From Epiperipatus broadwayi (lineage: Eukaryota; Animalia; Onychophora): a stretch of 64,000 nt of DNA. The position numbers and the translations under genes were made by a program. Positions within the stretch are counted from its first letter, which is position 1. Every line of letters begins with the position of its first letter. Positions 38,107 to 51,754 of this stretch are shown here, piece by piece. The stretch lies in contig JAQFVV010000001.1 in assembly GCA_028023455.1 (NCBI GenBank), positions 27,466,001-27,530,000 of the forward strand. Direction: 5' to 3'. The notes under the pieces are model-generated. The model saw only the letters and a program-made list of their open reading frames with translations. It had not been told where the DNA came from and searched no databases.

Positions 38107-38402
38107 TATGTAATAAAATAAATTCTATAAGAATATGTAGATAATTGTCAACTATCATGGTAATAAATTTTGGTATAAAACAATATTTATTACTTTGCTA
38201 AACCAGGCTTTTGATATGGTGTATCTTTGTCAAAGCATGACTGAAGTGAATATTAACAAATACTTTAGCCATGCTTTGACGAAGATATATCATATTGAAA
38301 GTTTGCCTTAGCAAAGTAATAAATATTGTTTTATATCATAATTTATTATTATAATAGTTAACAATTATCTACATATTATTGTAGAATTTATTTTATTACA
38401 TA
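38107..38402. mobile_element. Fold-back insertion (~135-bp arms) with a decayed hammerhead-like motif
   Basis: Arms 38107-38242 / 38267-38402; two-arm consensus GCT-TTGACGA-A-GATAT-ACC-ATATC-GAAA-GC-YTG-GYT-T-AGC (38273-38312); no clear TSD. Confidence 0.7.
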
Positions 38403-39674
38403 TTATCTACCGTATATATAAATATTATAATTTATTCTTATATATATATATATATTATTCGTTAAAATGCTTATTTTAAAATATAGTTATTTTTTATGGA
38501 AAAAAAAAACCCATGTTTTAAGGTATTATTTATTAAAACAAAATATGAAATTTATATTAATTTTTAAAAGTTCTTAATTTATAATAGAGTAATTCTCAAA
38601 CACATTAGATATTTCATGCTATAATTAAAAATTATCATATATATTTTAAGAAATCTAATTTGTGCAAGTATAAACTATGTTAAGGGGATGGCTAGTAATG
38701 ACAAATAATCACTCAATGATGATCAAGTGTAATCGTTTGCAGAATCTTTGCATAGTTACCTCATAGCTTGGTTGTGAACACTTATTTATGATTACTTCTT
38801 TCTAACTTTGGAATAGAAAAAAAAAATTCATTTTATGCAATTAATTAGAGATTCATGATTACTTTTACATAACAATTGTATAATAATTATTTAAAACGAA
38901 AAGAATATATGTACATAGTTTGATTTTATTTGTATGTGTTTTAATTTTAAAAATAAAAATAAACATTTTGACTGTAATGTTAACAAAGAAAAGACAGCCA
39001 ATAAAATGACTAGGCCTTTTTTCACTGATTGTGTAATGTCATTACCTGTCAGTATCAATACTGTGTTGGGAGTTTTTGAGATGTTCTACAAATAATAAAG
39101 CACTTTAAATATTTTAAAGTAGACAGAATTTGGTAGATTTGTTAGAGATTAATATTTTTTCATTCATGTTTAAAAATAAATTTGTAATATAAAAGATGCC
39201 ATTGATTTTCTGAAGACTTTACCTGCATATTGTTGAATGACATTTTATGTTTTTTGCTCTTATTATGAACTCATTTTTTCAATATTTTCAAAATTCAGAT
39301 ATGTTGTTTTTATATATATTTTTTCTTTTGTAAATATATATTTCTATGCAATCAAGTCCAATGTATTGATTTCTGAAACAGAATAATGGTTAAAAGATTA
39401 CAAAAAGTGTGAACAGCAAGAACAGTGAACTTGTCACAGTACAAGAAGGTTAAATTCTATCATCGTGAATGCATAAAGTCACTATCATATGACTTATCCT
39501 ATTCTCATTATTACTATTTTTATTTTATTTTTTTCACATCTTTATCCTGACTACCTGTACACTCATAAAGCCAATTGTGCTTTGAATTAAAATGTGTTTC
39601 AGTATATGTTTATTAACAATTTCAAAACATAATATTATATCAGTATTAAAAAATAAAAACTAAAGAAACTACGG

Positions 39675-41616
39675 ACTTATTAAATAGCCACTGTACATCG
39701 CTTGGCGGTGCTGTTTCTGTGCAGAAATGTTTTAATATAATGTTCCGGGCCGGATAAAACAAAATACTTTTTTTTATATTTAAAAATATATGTTATTCTT
39801 CTAATAGTAAATGAAATGTTTAAACAAAAATTACTTGATTAACAAACTAATCAGCCTGAATTAAATGAAATTCCATTAAATTAAATTACAGCGCATAGCA
39901 CTGGAATGTGCAGGGGAGGGGGGGACCGATGGTTTTGCCGATCCGAAGGATCATCCAAAAGATGCATTACTCTGATCAAACCAAGCTTATGATTTCCAAA
40001 ACAATGTGCAATCTCAGACAAGTTTACATTATTCTTAGCATTCTACATTAAATGTCAAAAACAAAACAATACACTTTTCTTTTTATTTAAAAATGTACAT
40101 TATTCTTCTAATAGTAAATTAAACATTTAAACAAAATTAAAAAAAGCAACAAACACGTGATTAACAAACTAATCATCCCGAATTAAATTGAATTCCATTA
40201 AATTAAATTTCAGTGTATAGCGCTGGAATGTGTGTGTGTGTGTGTGATGGTTTTGCATCCAAAAGATGCATTATTCTGATCAAACCAAGCTTACAAATTG
40301 TCATATGCATATTTTCATGAGTTCTGGGAAATGATGTTTGGCCCTACTCTTTTGCAATTCTTTTCACCTTCCAAGCTGTGTAGGGAAGCACGGAAATGGG
40401 CTTACAATTATTGGTACTGTGGTATTAGAGCTGTGACATGAAGAATTATAATTGTTTAATCATTAAATTAATTAGGTTATTAAATCAAAAACATATTTTA
40501 AAATCTACATAAAAAAAAAACCAATTTAACAAAAAAAAAATACAAAAAGCATTAATGTGAAGAATAGTTAAAAGGCGTGTTTAAATCAAATTGAGTGTGT
40601 GTTTGCACATGCATATTCTACATAATCTATTTTAATATATTGTATAAGCTTACACCTGCATTTATATATGTAATATATGCAGGATTCAAACTCAGTCTTT
40701 AACACGACCTACAACTCTTAGTGCCATCTTATATTGCTGACTCACCTGATCACACACCTGTTGAAAAGATAAATAATCACCAATATACATATTTTGTGCT
40801 AAACCAGCACTCATAATTTGGTTCAGATTACCATCTCCACACATATTTACAATTAGTACTCAGCTTTATATTAAGATAACCAATCTTCATACTTTAATGA
40901 GTGCTGATTTAGCACAAAATACGTATATTGATGATTATTGATCTTTTCTCCATGTGTGTGATCAGGTGAGTCAGCAATATAAGATGGCACTGAGAGTTGT
41001 AGGTCGTGTGAAAATTTGAGTTTGAATCCTACGTATATTACATATATAAATGCAGGTGTAAGCCTGTACATTGTATTAAAATTGAATATGTAGTATATGC
41101 ACGTGCAAACACACTTAATTTGATTTAAACACGCATTTTAACTATTCTTCACATTAATGCTTTTCATATTTTTTTTTTTTTGTTAAATTTTTTTTTTAAT
41201 GTAGATTTTAAAATATGTTTTTGATTTAATAACCTAATTAATTTAATAATTAAACGATTATAATTCTTCATGTCACAGCTGTAATACCACAGTACCCAAT
41301 TATTAGTTATGTAATAGTACGTCAGCTAGGATCTAAGATCATTACTTCGAATGCACATTAAAAGAGTTATGTCCAGTTGAATTACATATACCCTCAGATC
41401 ATACAGTAGTGATCTGTGAAATGTGCGCTATTTGCATAGTGTCGCGAAGCACATCAGCGGGCCATAATATTTGTGGGCAAGACCATCTAGGCCTGCTAAT
41501 AGCAAATACGATCAGAACTGTTCTATATGCCATAAGTTCAGCCGCGTAAACGGCATATTTCTGTTTTTGCACAGAAACAGCGCCACCAACCGATATACAG
41601 TGGCTATTTAATAAGT
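39675..41616. mobile_element. Unclassified TIR DNA element (~50-bp TIRs) with an internal ~310-bp tandem duplication
   Basis: ACTTATTAAATAGCCACTGTACATCGCTTGGCGGTGCTGTTTCTGTGCA / TGCACAGAAACAGCGCCACCAACCGATATACAGTGGCTATTTAATAAGT; duplication ~39775-39990 / ~40085-40293. Confidence 0.8.
40413..41296. mobile_element. Long-TIR MITE (Merlin- or MULE-like) nested in the previous element
   Basis: ~400-bp TIRs (40413-40814 / 40897-41296) starting GGTACTGTGG; perfect 8-bp TSD CAATTATT (40405-12 / 41297-304). Confidence 0.85.
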
Positions 41617-44600
41617 ACTTTCAAAAATATTATGTTGCTTAAATATAATACTAAATTTATTATTTAATACAGAATACATATGTATGCACATGCTGTTAAA
41701 AGCTTTCAATACACATACATACAACTTATTTGGATTATTATAACTGGAAAATATAATAAAATGGAAGTAGCTTATTGTTAAGTTTACATATTTAAAATAA
41801 AAAATATAAAATCAACTATATTATTTAATGATGAATTATCTTTTTTTTTTTTTTTTTGTAAGAAAAAATCTATTATTGAGGTAAAATGAAATAAACCTAT
41901 CAGTAATACTTAATTAAATAATTTCGAGCCTGGCTTCTAACCTCGTTGACATCATATAGAATAAACTCTTTTTTCTTCTAAAAAGAAACAAGTAATAATT
42001 ATTATAATTAAAATAACAATAAGGAAATATATATATAAAAGATGGGAGATAAATTAATAATAACTAAAGCTATCAATTGTAATTTATTTTCAAAATTAAA
42101 AATGTAGTCTATTTTTATTATTACAAGGAGTTACAAGTAATATGAGAGAAAAAAAAAAAAATCCTATTACTTGTTTTGAAATGTAAAGCAATAAATAACA
42201 AATTAAACTTATTTATACACAAGCTTATGTTAAATAAAATATATAAAGCAATTTCAACTTTATATAGATTTACACAGACAAAGAATCTCAAGAAAACAAC
42301 CTTGTGAATGAAAACGTGGAGAAATTTAAAGGGTCTGGCATAGTTTCGGTATTCTTAAAGATATTATTAATAAAGATATATTAATTTATAAAATTGAAAC
42401 TTTTTTTTTTTGATTCTCAGCATGCGATCATTAATTAAAGTAAAACAATTACTATCTATGCAAAATATTCTTTTTATCCTCTCTGCAAAAGTAATGGACC
42501 AATATGCTCTATTCACCTGGCAAATAATTTGCTGGTTGATATAGGTATTTTTTTTTTTTTTTTAGCATTATTTTATATGTCAGTTAAAATTAACTACCTG
42601 TCCATTTACTGATTTATTTGATATTGAATGATTACCTGGTTTCATTAAGAATTGAGAACTTGAAGAGTGTTACCGATTTCTATCTTTATTGAATTACATT
42701 TTATTATAAAAATATTTTTTTTTGTTTGTTTTTACAGCCAGAGCATTCACACTTATCTGATCAAATCAGAATAATGCGGACCTTTATTCTTTATTTTATA
42801 TTAGTTACATACTAACCAACTGATCAGTATTAAGTATCTGTCCGAGTTGCTATAAGTTTATTATCTGAGAGAAAAATCTTAAGCTTGTGATATAAAAATC
42901 TTTCGAAGTTCATACAGTTTATTATATCCAAATTACAGATAATGCTTATGGCTGATTGATGTACTGAGCATTATATTATGAGGCACCTCTATGAGCTGAT
43001 TACGTTTAAAAAGGCTTAACGTACTTGAAAATAATTTTTTATAACTATAATTTCTAAATTACTTTTTTTTATAAGTTAGGGGGGAGAGAGAGTGATACGT
43101 ATAATATGTGACTATGTTGCATATTTGCATATGTATGTAAAAGTAAATTTTAATTCCAAGATATTACTATATTTCCCCATTCATAAAATTGGGATTAAAA
43201 TTTTTTTTTTTTATTTTTTAAATAGCGTATTGCATAATGTTGGATTAATGCGAAGGATGAATACATACCATTTACTAATCAAATTATAGTGGCAACGTCA
43301 TATACTATATATATATTTGTCGATATAAATATACGGGTAATGCAATTACCGATTATAAAGTTGTAATCCTGAAATATTTGAAACAGAAGTTTGAGCTTTC
43401 ACACCAGACTTATTAGATATTTATTTAACATTTAAAAATGCATCTTTAAATAATAAATGATAAAAAATATTTAAATTTGTATAAGCACACATACAACTAT
43501 ACATAGGAATATTCTTGTATTTTATAGTTCTATAACTGTTTCACTAATAGGTGATAGTTTTTATATAGCCTTTTTTTTTTTATTTATTGGTAAATTGAAT
43601 TTAAATTTTATATGTTTACTGTTTTCTTTAGTGCTTCATAAAATAAAAAGCTGGGGAAATCAAACCTTGAAAAATTGTTTACAGATCTGCTATTTCTTAA
43701 ATAGGGGTGAATGGGTAAAATAGTTTATTTGACAACTAGTGACATCTTTATTCTTTATCAAAAAGTCAATTTAAATTTTCTCTCAATTTTTTTTTTTTTA
43801 ATTTTCATAGTTAATCTATTATCCATAATGATTTGAATGTGAACTTTAGTATTTTTGAGTTATAAAATATTAAATTATAATGGTAATGGTTATTAAAGTG
43901 AAATTCATTAATTACGCTTTTCTTAAAATATAAAAAAGTCATCTATAAAAAATACGTTATATTTTTAATTACGTGTAGTGCCATTTTTTTTTTTGTCAAT
44001 TAATATCAGTTATATACTAGTCTATATAAAAAAAAATTATTGATAAATGTAACAATAATTTCATTGAAAGGATAATATCTGCATTGATATTGTAATGGTT
44101 GCCATAGTTACACAAAATTTTATTAAACCATATTAAATAGTATTAATATAAGTACATTAATTATGAAAATTTGATTCAATTGTAAATGAAATTGCTTATA
44201 ATTTCATACAGTAGCAGTTCATTTATTAGGAATGAATTAAATGCACAGATAATTGAAATATCTTTTTTTTTATTTTTTTTAAAAAAGTAACAAAATATTC
44301 TATATATATTCGTATCTAAATAAATGTAAAAAAAAATTGTAATCCTTATATGTCTTTATTATTCAGGGGAATCTAACTTCTAAGGAACAACATATAGATT
44401 ACACTGCTAGATAAAAAGATTATACCTGACTTAGTTGATGAGTAGAATGACAGATCAAAAGGAGTTCCTAATCTGTAGAGGGATTAGCCTGCCCGAGTGG
44501 GGGGTAAATCTTGACTATCAAATTTTTGTCCACCGAGCTATTAAACAACTCTTAATTTTTGTATAACTAAAAACAAATTTTCAGTTTTTTATATAAGTAA

Positions 44601-46189
44601 GATGGGAAAAACACTATTTAAATGGCCCCTGTGGTCAAAACCATCTCCAGCAGATCTTATTAGAGGAACAGTGAAGGAAAAGATACATCAGGCTTTTCAA
44701 TTTGTGGACTTAAACAAGTTTTCGTTCATGTTTGCTCTTTAGCTAGCTAATGAATTTACTGCCCAATATCAAATGATTAGCTAGATTGACTTAGAGACTA
44801 TCAACCTGAAAGAAAATCTTAAATGTGAAAAATTTCTTTAATATATAAATAAAAATTTGGTTTTGCTATAAAGCTATTAATTAGATTTATTATATTGTCA
44901 TTAAATAAAAGAAAACTATTAGATAGCAAAATATTAAATGATCTTCATTTTTTTTTTTTTTTTTTACAAATACAGTGGGACTATTTTATCTGCTAAACTT
45001 TGTTCCAAGCCCCTAGCAATAGCAGAAATTAGCAGACAGCAGCACTTTATTTGTAATATATATTGTTTAAAGCAGTAATCCTATTAACACACCCATGTAC
45101 ATATATAATGTATATTTGTTTTAACATGTATATTAATTTAACTAACATATGCAAATTTAAGATTATCAATAAAAGTAATTAAAAAAATAGAATAATACAG
45201 TCATGTATTTACTATGAAAGAATTAGTGCATGCAGGTCCTTGATGTGTAAGCGGCATCATTGTGCAAGCTAAATTTCAGTGGCCATAGTCTCATGAATAG
45301 AGCTGGTCTTAGTGCAATTCAGTGGAATAAGACTTCTCATATCAAGGCCCTGGGCTTGCACGATCTTTTATGTACAGCTTATATTTTCTATTAATGAAAT
45401 TAGCTTTTCAATCTCAAACATTCATTCAATAATAGAATAATTTTTTGTATGCATATTATTTTATCTTAACAACTTAGTCATGTTATACAGACAAATATCT
45501 AGGGATTTAAGGATTTACATTAAAGAATAAATTTTCACATTATCATTGTTTATTCAAGAAAGTTTAGAAGTCATTATACCACGCTTTATACTTTTGTTTA
45601 ATGATAGTTTATAATATGTAAAAAAAAGTCATCAAGCAATTGGTGTCCTTAATGGAGAAAAGATAATTGTAGGCATTTTACCCTATCGAGTGGTTACATA
45701 TGAAATTGTGTAGTTGTTACAATTAACAGAGGAACATTAAACGACACACAATAATATTAAAAAATTGTTTTTTACTGTTTTCCTTGGATTTAGATTGTTG
45801 TATATTTGAGCAATTTAATGGATTAATTACGAATTTTAACCAAATACCAAATTCTTCTACAGTATAAATCCAATAAAAGCAGATTAGTAAAACATGTAAA
45901 AAAATTTCTATTAATATCAAAAAGAAAAAAAAAAGCATTATCTCTTTAAAAAAAAAACACATGCCTCCAATGAATTTGATTCCCAAAATACAAATTTATG
46001 TTTGTGATAATCTACTCTAATCTTTTGACTATATAAACACATAATGGGAAATATATAAAATATGACTGATAAACTAAATTGCATAATTATTATGAGGGAA
46101 TATTTTAAATAAATTTATTTTTAAATAAATTATTAATAATAATGTCATTTTCCATAGAAATTAGGACGTTTAAATAAAGGCAATTAGGA

Positions 46190-46690
46190 AATCTAAACAT
46201 TTGCATATAAATTTTATTAATTCTTACAGCAAAATGGCATCAAGTCTGTTCAGTTTAGTGCAAAGGTAGACAGTAAAATATTTAGTATATTTTGAACAAT
46301 TGTCAGAAATCTGAATAGAAAAGTAATCATCTTCTATTTAAATAAAAAAATAAGTGCAATCAAAACATGTTTCTAACAGTGAAGTGATTCAGAAATCTAA
46401 ATATTTTTATTTACATATTTTTTTATTACTTATTGCAGCAAAATGACATCTGTCTGTTCGATATAGCTCAAAGATAGAGTATATAATATTCAATATATTT
46501 CAAACAATTTAAGTAAAAAAAAAATCCTCTTATATTTAAATAAAAAATATTTACAGTCAGAACATGTTTCTAACAATGGAGTAATTAGTAGATCTAAATA
46601 TTTATGAATCAGAACATGTTTCTAACATTGGAGTGATTCATAAATCTAAGCATTTTCCATAACATATAGATTTTATTAATTATTATTGCG
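46190..46690. repeat. Degenerate ~200-bp tandem repeat with an internal AACATGTTTCTAACA subrepeat
   Basis: CAGCAAAATG(G/A)CATC occurs twice and AACATGTTTCTAACA three times. Confidence 0.8.
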
Positions 46691-48409
46691 ATTTGGTAAT
46701 TCAATTGATGAAGTGCTTTTGTGCTGCAACCTCGGAGGGTCCTGAGGGTATGTATGTGTTCACTTGATCAAAAAAACTTACTGTATGTTTTTTCTTCCAA
46801 TATTTTTTTTAAAATTCTATTAGATTTGTTTCTTTTTATTTCACAAAGGAATAATTTCTTTTTATTAACACAAATGGTTGTCTTCAGAATATTTTTTTTT
46901 GTTTTTGTTTTGTAATTATGTCAATTTTCATTTTAAAATTGAAGCGAATAACTTTACACATTTTTAGAAATACGATAGAATTACTGTGATTACTAGCTTT
47001 ATGTTTTGAAGTTGTTTCAAATGAAATTTTAAATTTTCGGAAAAAAAAAATTGTGTAGAAATTTAATTTGACTTAGTTTGCCATATTACAAATATGATTG
47101 TCATTAGTAACTTAAAAATGGTTAGATGATATTTTAAAAATATTTTTATGAGCACCCATAAAAAATATTTTTCAGAGCACATGGCAAATATTTCTTTAAA
47201 ATTTTTCATTTTTTGAATAAATTGTATTAATATTTCAATATCTGTTAGTTATGTGTTTCATTATGTTAGCTATATATTTCATTATGTAAATTTCAGATAT
47301 ACATAAGTAGGACCAAGAGTAATGAGAGATTTAGTTAAATTGTTTACTGTATCAAAAATAAATAAATAAAGACAAGTTTTGTAGAATCAGCAATGTAAGC
47401 TTATAACTCTTTAAATAATATCAAATAGCATGCTGATTTTAGTTATATTTTTTCAAAATAAACTCCCAAGATTCTTGATAGTCATGAAATTATGAGTATT
47501 TAAATATAGTTGAAATATAAGAAAAGATTATCTGCACATTTGTCATAGTTGATCATTTTGTTATTGTCTTTCAGTCAATTGAAAGAATTCCTTGGATGAT
47601 TTTTTTTTATGGTTAGAGAATCAGAGTAGAGAAAATAAAGACAAAAATTTCGTTTTAGATCAATATGTTAAATTGTCTATAGTCAGGTAGATAAATAAGA
47701 ATTCCATTCTGTTATATTGAAGTTAAATATCCAGTGTGTTATGGACTCCTTTTAATACCATTCTGTACATGAGATTATCTGAGCATAATGGTTAATTTTT
47801 TATGCCCCTTATTTCTATAATTTCATGTTTAGTTACTATAATTGTTTTGTGTTGTATGTATTTGAAATTGCTATAAGTATTATGTACATGTGTTTTTTTT
47901 TGCCTTTATTAACAAAAGCTCGGTAATCAATTTTGAATTTTTTAAAAGTAGTTTATATTTTTTCCGATTTATAATATACAATTTTGAAGTTGATCTGGAT
48001 GTAATTTATTTTTTTTATAAATATACAGTCTTGAATTTTCTCATTAATTTTAATGTTTTCTTTGTCTCTTGAGTTATGCTTTTGCATTGTATTATAATTA
48101 TTGTATCATTTTATTTTTGAAATTTACAGTTGTTGAGATTTTATTGTTAGTTTTTAATAAATTTCACTTATTAATAAATTTTTTATGTATTGATGTTAAT
48201 TTTTTTTTGTTTTTAGAAAAATTTTCTGTGCATAAATGAAATATTGTAAGAGTAGAAACTCTCATTGATTATATTTTTATTCAAATTGTTTTTGCACTAT
48301 CAGATTGAATAATTGTAAAATATAACAAAAATCTTATCAGCTTCATGAAATAGAACTTTTCTAACTTTATACTTATAAAGAGCAAGATGCTCATGTAAAA
48401 TTTCTTGAG

Positions 48410-48589
48410 TGATTTAAGATTCCAAGAGATTGTAAAAGACCCAGAAAGAGACCACATGTAAGATGGATGGATGAAATAAGATAGTGTGCAGGGGTGATGT
48501 GGAAAAGAGAAGTTAAAGATAGGAAAATATGGATTGAACTTGGAGAGACCTTCATCCTGCAGTGGATTGATAATGGTTGATGATGATGA
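48410..48589 (+). mobile_element. RTE-clade LINE 3' end with (TGA)n tail
   Basis: IPRDCKRPRKRPHVRWMDEIR*CAGVMWKREVKDRKIWIELGETFILQW followed by TGATGATGATGA. Confidence 0.85.
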
Positions 48590-51500
48590 CTCACTAATTA
48601 TTTTTTAAAATTGTGGTTCCTACAATAGAAGCTTTAGAGAACATTATAGTGTATATCTTACAACACAGTAATACTCATAATCAGATATTGATAGTATATT
48701 TCCTATTATAACATATGAATTTTTAAAAAAGGCACTGAATTGAAAATTTAAATGGGAAAACAGAAGCTATCAGAATAAAAACAAGTGATAAATAAACTAT
48801 AATAACTCTTATTAATTATGAATACCTGATTCAAAAATTAAGACATATATCAGAAACAGCAATCATTTGATTTCAAGAAATACAGTAAATACCTGCCATA
48901 CTGAAATTAACTTAACATAAAAGAAGAAAATATGATATTGATGATGTGGCAGTTATTTGTCTGAATAAAAGATCTTTATTGACTATATTTACCAGTCAGC
49001 TTATCTCTTATTCAGACAAAAGTATTGTGTCTGCATGTGGATATTCAAAAGTAGCTTAATGACTCTTTTAATAGAGATGTTAAAATATTTACTAGTCAAG
49101 TCAGCACAGCAATCTTACAAGCAGTTGTACTGGGTTCGATGCTTTGACACATGAAAAAAATCTAAATCTAAAATTTTGAGTTTATGAATGTCAGAATTTA
49201 AAGCTTTTTCAAATGTTTTGTGGAAAGCTTTATTTATAAACAAATTTTTTGTCCTAATGAGATGAAACTTTATTGGTAATGAATGCTACACTCATTTTTA
49301 GATTTAAGGCATTGAAATATTATATTTTGCTTGGTGGTAGAAAATGTTATTATTAGTTCATAGAAATGAACATTTTCAAGTTTCAAAAATAATGCTAAAT
49401 TTCCACTGCCAATTTTTTTTTTTTTTTGAAATATAATAAAGCCTTCATTATGAGACAGATTTTTGTGGAATGGTTTATGGATTATTTTTTGCTCAAAAAT
49501 AGAGAATAAATTGGGGGAAAAATTGGATTTTAAATAATTCTGATTTCAACAAAAATATATCTCATGCTGCTAGTATTGATTGATTGTGGAATAAGTCAGT
49601 TTTTTTTACTCACACGATATATATATATATTAAATCAAAGATTTTCACAGGCTACAGATATAAATGAAGTATTATCCAGTTACATCCGTATATAATTTAT
49701 TTAAAATATATTATTGTTATACATCAGTGTTTACAACATGTCTATAATTATTTTATATTTATTACCCATTTGATGACCAGTGAGTGTAACCTGGTCAAAA
49801 TGTCAGTTTATGTATATATTTTAAATAAATTTTAGATGGATATATCTGGATATTTTATTTATGCCTATTATTTAAGACTTAAGTTTAAAAAATTAGTAAA
49901 TATAAGAAAAATGAAGAATGAAAAATTGTGTCTTAAGTTTTCTGCAAGAAGACAAAAAATTTGGATTGTATTATAGTTAATAAAGTTTGGAAACTTCTAA
50001 CTTTATATTTAATAGTTGAATTGTTGAAAAAATTATATCCAGAAGCTGTTTGTGCATTTAAAACTGTTAATGCTTGTGTAAAGAATTTGAAAATTGAACC
50101 TTTTGTGAAAAGTGCAGTATTTTATAACCTGAAGGAAGGTGATAGCCAATAATGGAAACTTATTTTTTTGCTATTAACAAATGAAGAGTTTTCAGAAAGA
50201 CTGATAATGAATTGAAAACTGAGGAAATTTGTAAATATAAGAAAGTTGGAACTAATCATTAAAGTTTTATTAGAATATTTAATTATGTTGAAGATACACT
50301 TATTTTTTATTAAAAAAATTGATCTACTTTCTGAGTATGTTTCTAAATTTGAACATGAAATAAAAATATATCAGCACAATGATATCACAAAGTTTTATTT
50401 TAAAAGCTACAAATACATAAAATATTAAAAAAAACAAACAAACCTGGTAATTTTTTAAATTATATAATTGTGCTTTTTTAAAAATATTATTTGGTTTATT
50501 TTATAGCTTTAATGTTTTTATTTATTTATATCTTCTGTTGTATTTTAAGATAATAAAAGTTGGTATCACAACTTTATTGTATTAGTATCTTAATTATTTT
50601 TATTGTTTTTCTATGGGAATTCAGCATTCATTTATTTATCAGGAAATCATTTACATGTATTTTTAGATGCAGTAATTTGTGATTGACAAAGATGTGTATT
50701 TATCTACATGTTTTAATGACTATTTACTGATATTAGTCTTAAGATTATCACAATTTTTAAAGCCAAAATTTAAGAATTTTTTACCTTACATTTTTTTTTT
50801 TGCCTTTTGTAAATTAAAATTTTTGTAAAGCTTATTTATAAAATTAGGGTATATATAATAGACATCAGTCCTCAAAAATTATATCAGGGTGAACTTCTCA
50901 TAGCTTAAACCATAAAATTGCAATTTACAATCATTATTATTCTTTTAAGATTCAGAAAAATTCTGAAGAATTTTAATTTTCTTGTGTCTGGAATTTTTTT
51001 TTTCATCCAGAGAAAATTTAACTATTCACTGGATTGCAATTTTATAATAACAATTGCACCCAGAACATATGGTAAGAGTAGCCTGATTTAAAATGAATAT
51101 AGTTTTTAAATCAATTTTTAGCTGAGAAAATGAAAAAAAAAAAATCAAATTATAACTAGTTGAAAGAAACTGATATGCTCTGTCTCCTATTTTCTTGAAA
51201 AATTTCATCTGATTTCCTGACAGTTAATCCTACAATATATTTGTAATAAATTCCAGCTGCAAAAATAATTACTTTAATTAATTTATAATTTTTATTATTG
51301 AGAGACATTTTTATTTTGTAAACATTCAAAGCTTGTTTCTCTCTCTCTTTAAAAATATATATATATAATTTTAATTATTATAATTCAAACAATACACATA
51401 TAAATGAGATAAAATTTTACAGACTGCACCTATAGCCTGTACAAATTGACTGTATATATATATTTTATATTTTACTATTGCTTCCTAATTTTTTAAAAAT

Positions 51501-51754
51501 ATATTTTAGTACAAAAATTTATATCTGTTTCATAACAAGAATTTATATGCACATATATATTGTATGTATTTTCAGCAGTAAATTGCTCTTGGCAAATATG
51601 GTCTGTTGAATTTCACTGCTGTATGAAATACAGTTGATTTGGTATTTTACCAAATGCATGGTATTAGTGTTTTCCTGAAGGTTTGTGATGATGGCGTTCT
51701 AGTTGTATTTTTATATTGAGCTATTTCCATCATCTAATATATGTATTGAATGTC

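Noticed and set aside
45673-45720. AG followed by AFYPIEW, resembling IDE YYPLEE
   Set aside because: The match does not extend and the intervening IDE exon is missing.
49961-50428. Possible mariner-type HTH remnant (LYPEAVCAFKTV...)
   Set aside because: No TIRs or DD(D/E) motifs were found; the resemblance is too weak.
51011-51071. AG/GTAAGA-bounded 61-bp open segment (RKFNYSLDCNFIITIAPRTY)
   Set aside because: It has no similarity to IDE or any protein I recognise; such sites arise by chance.
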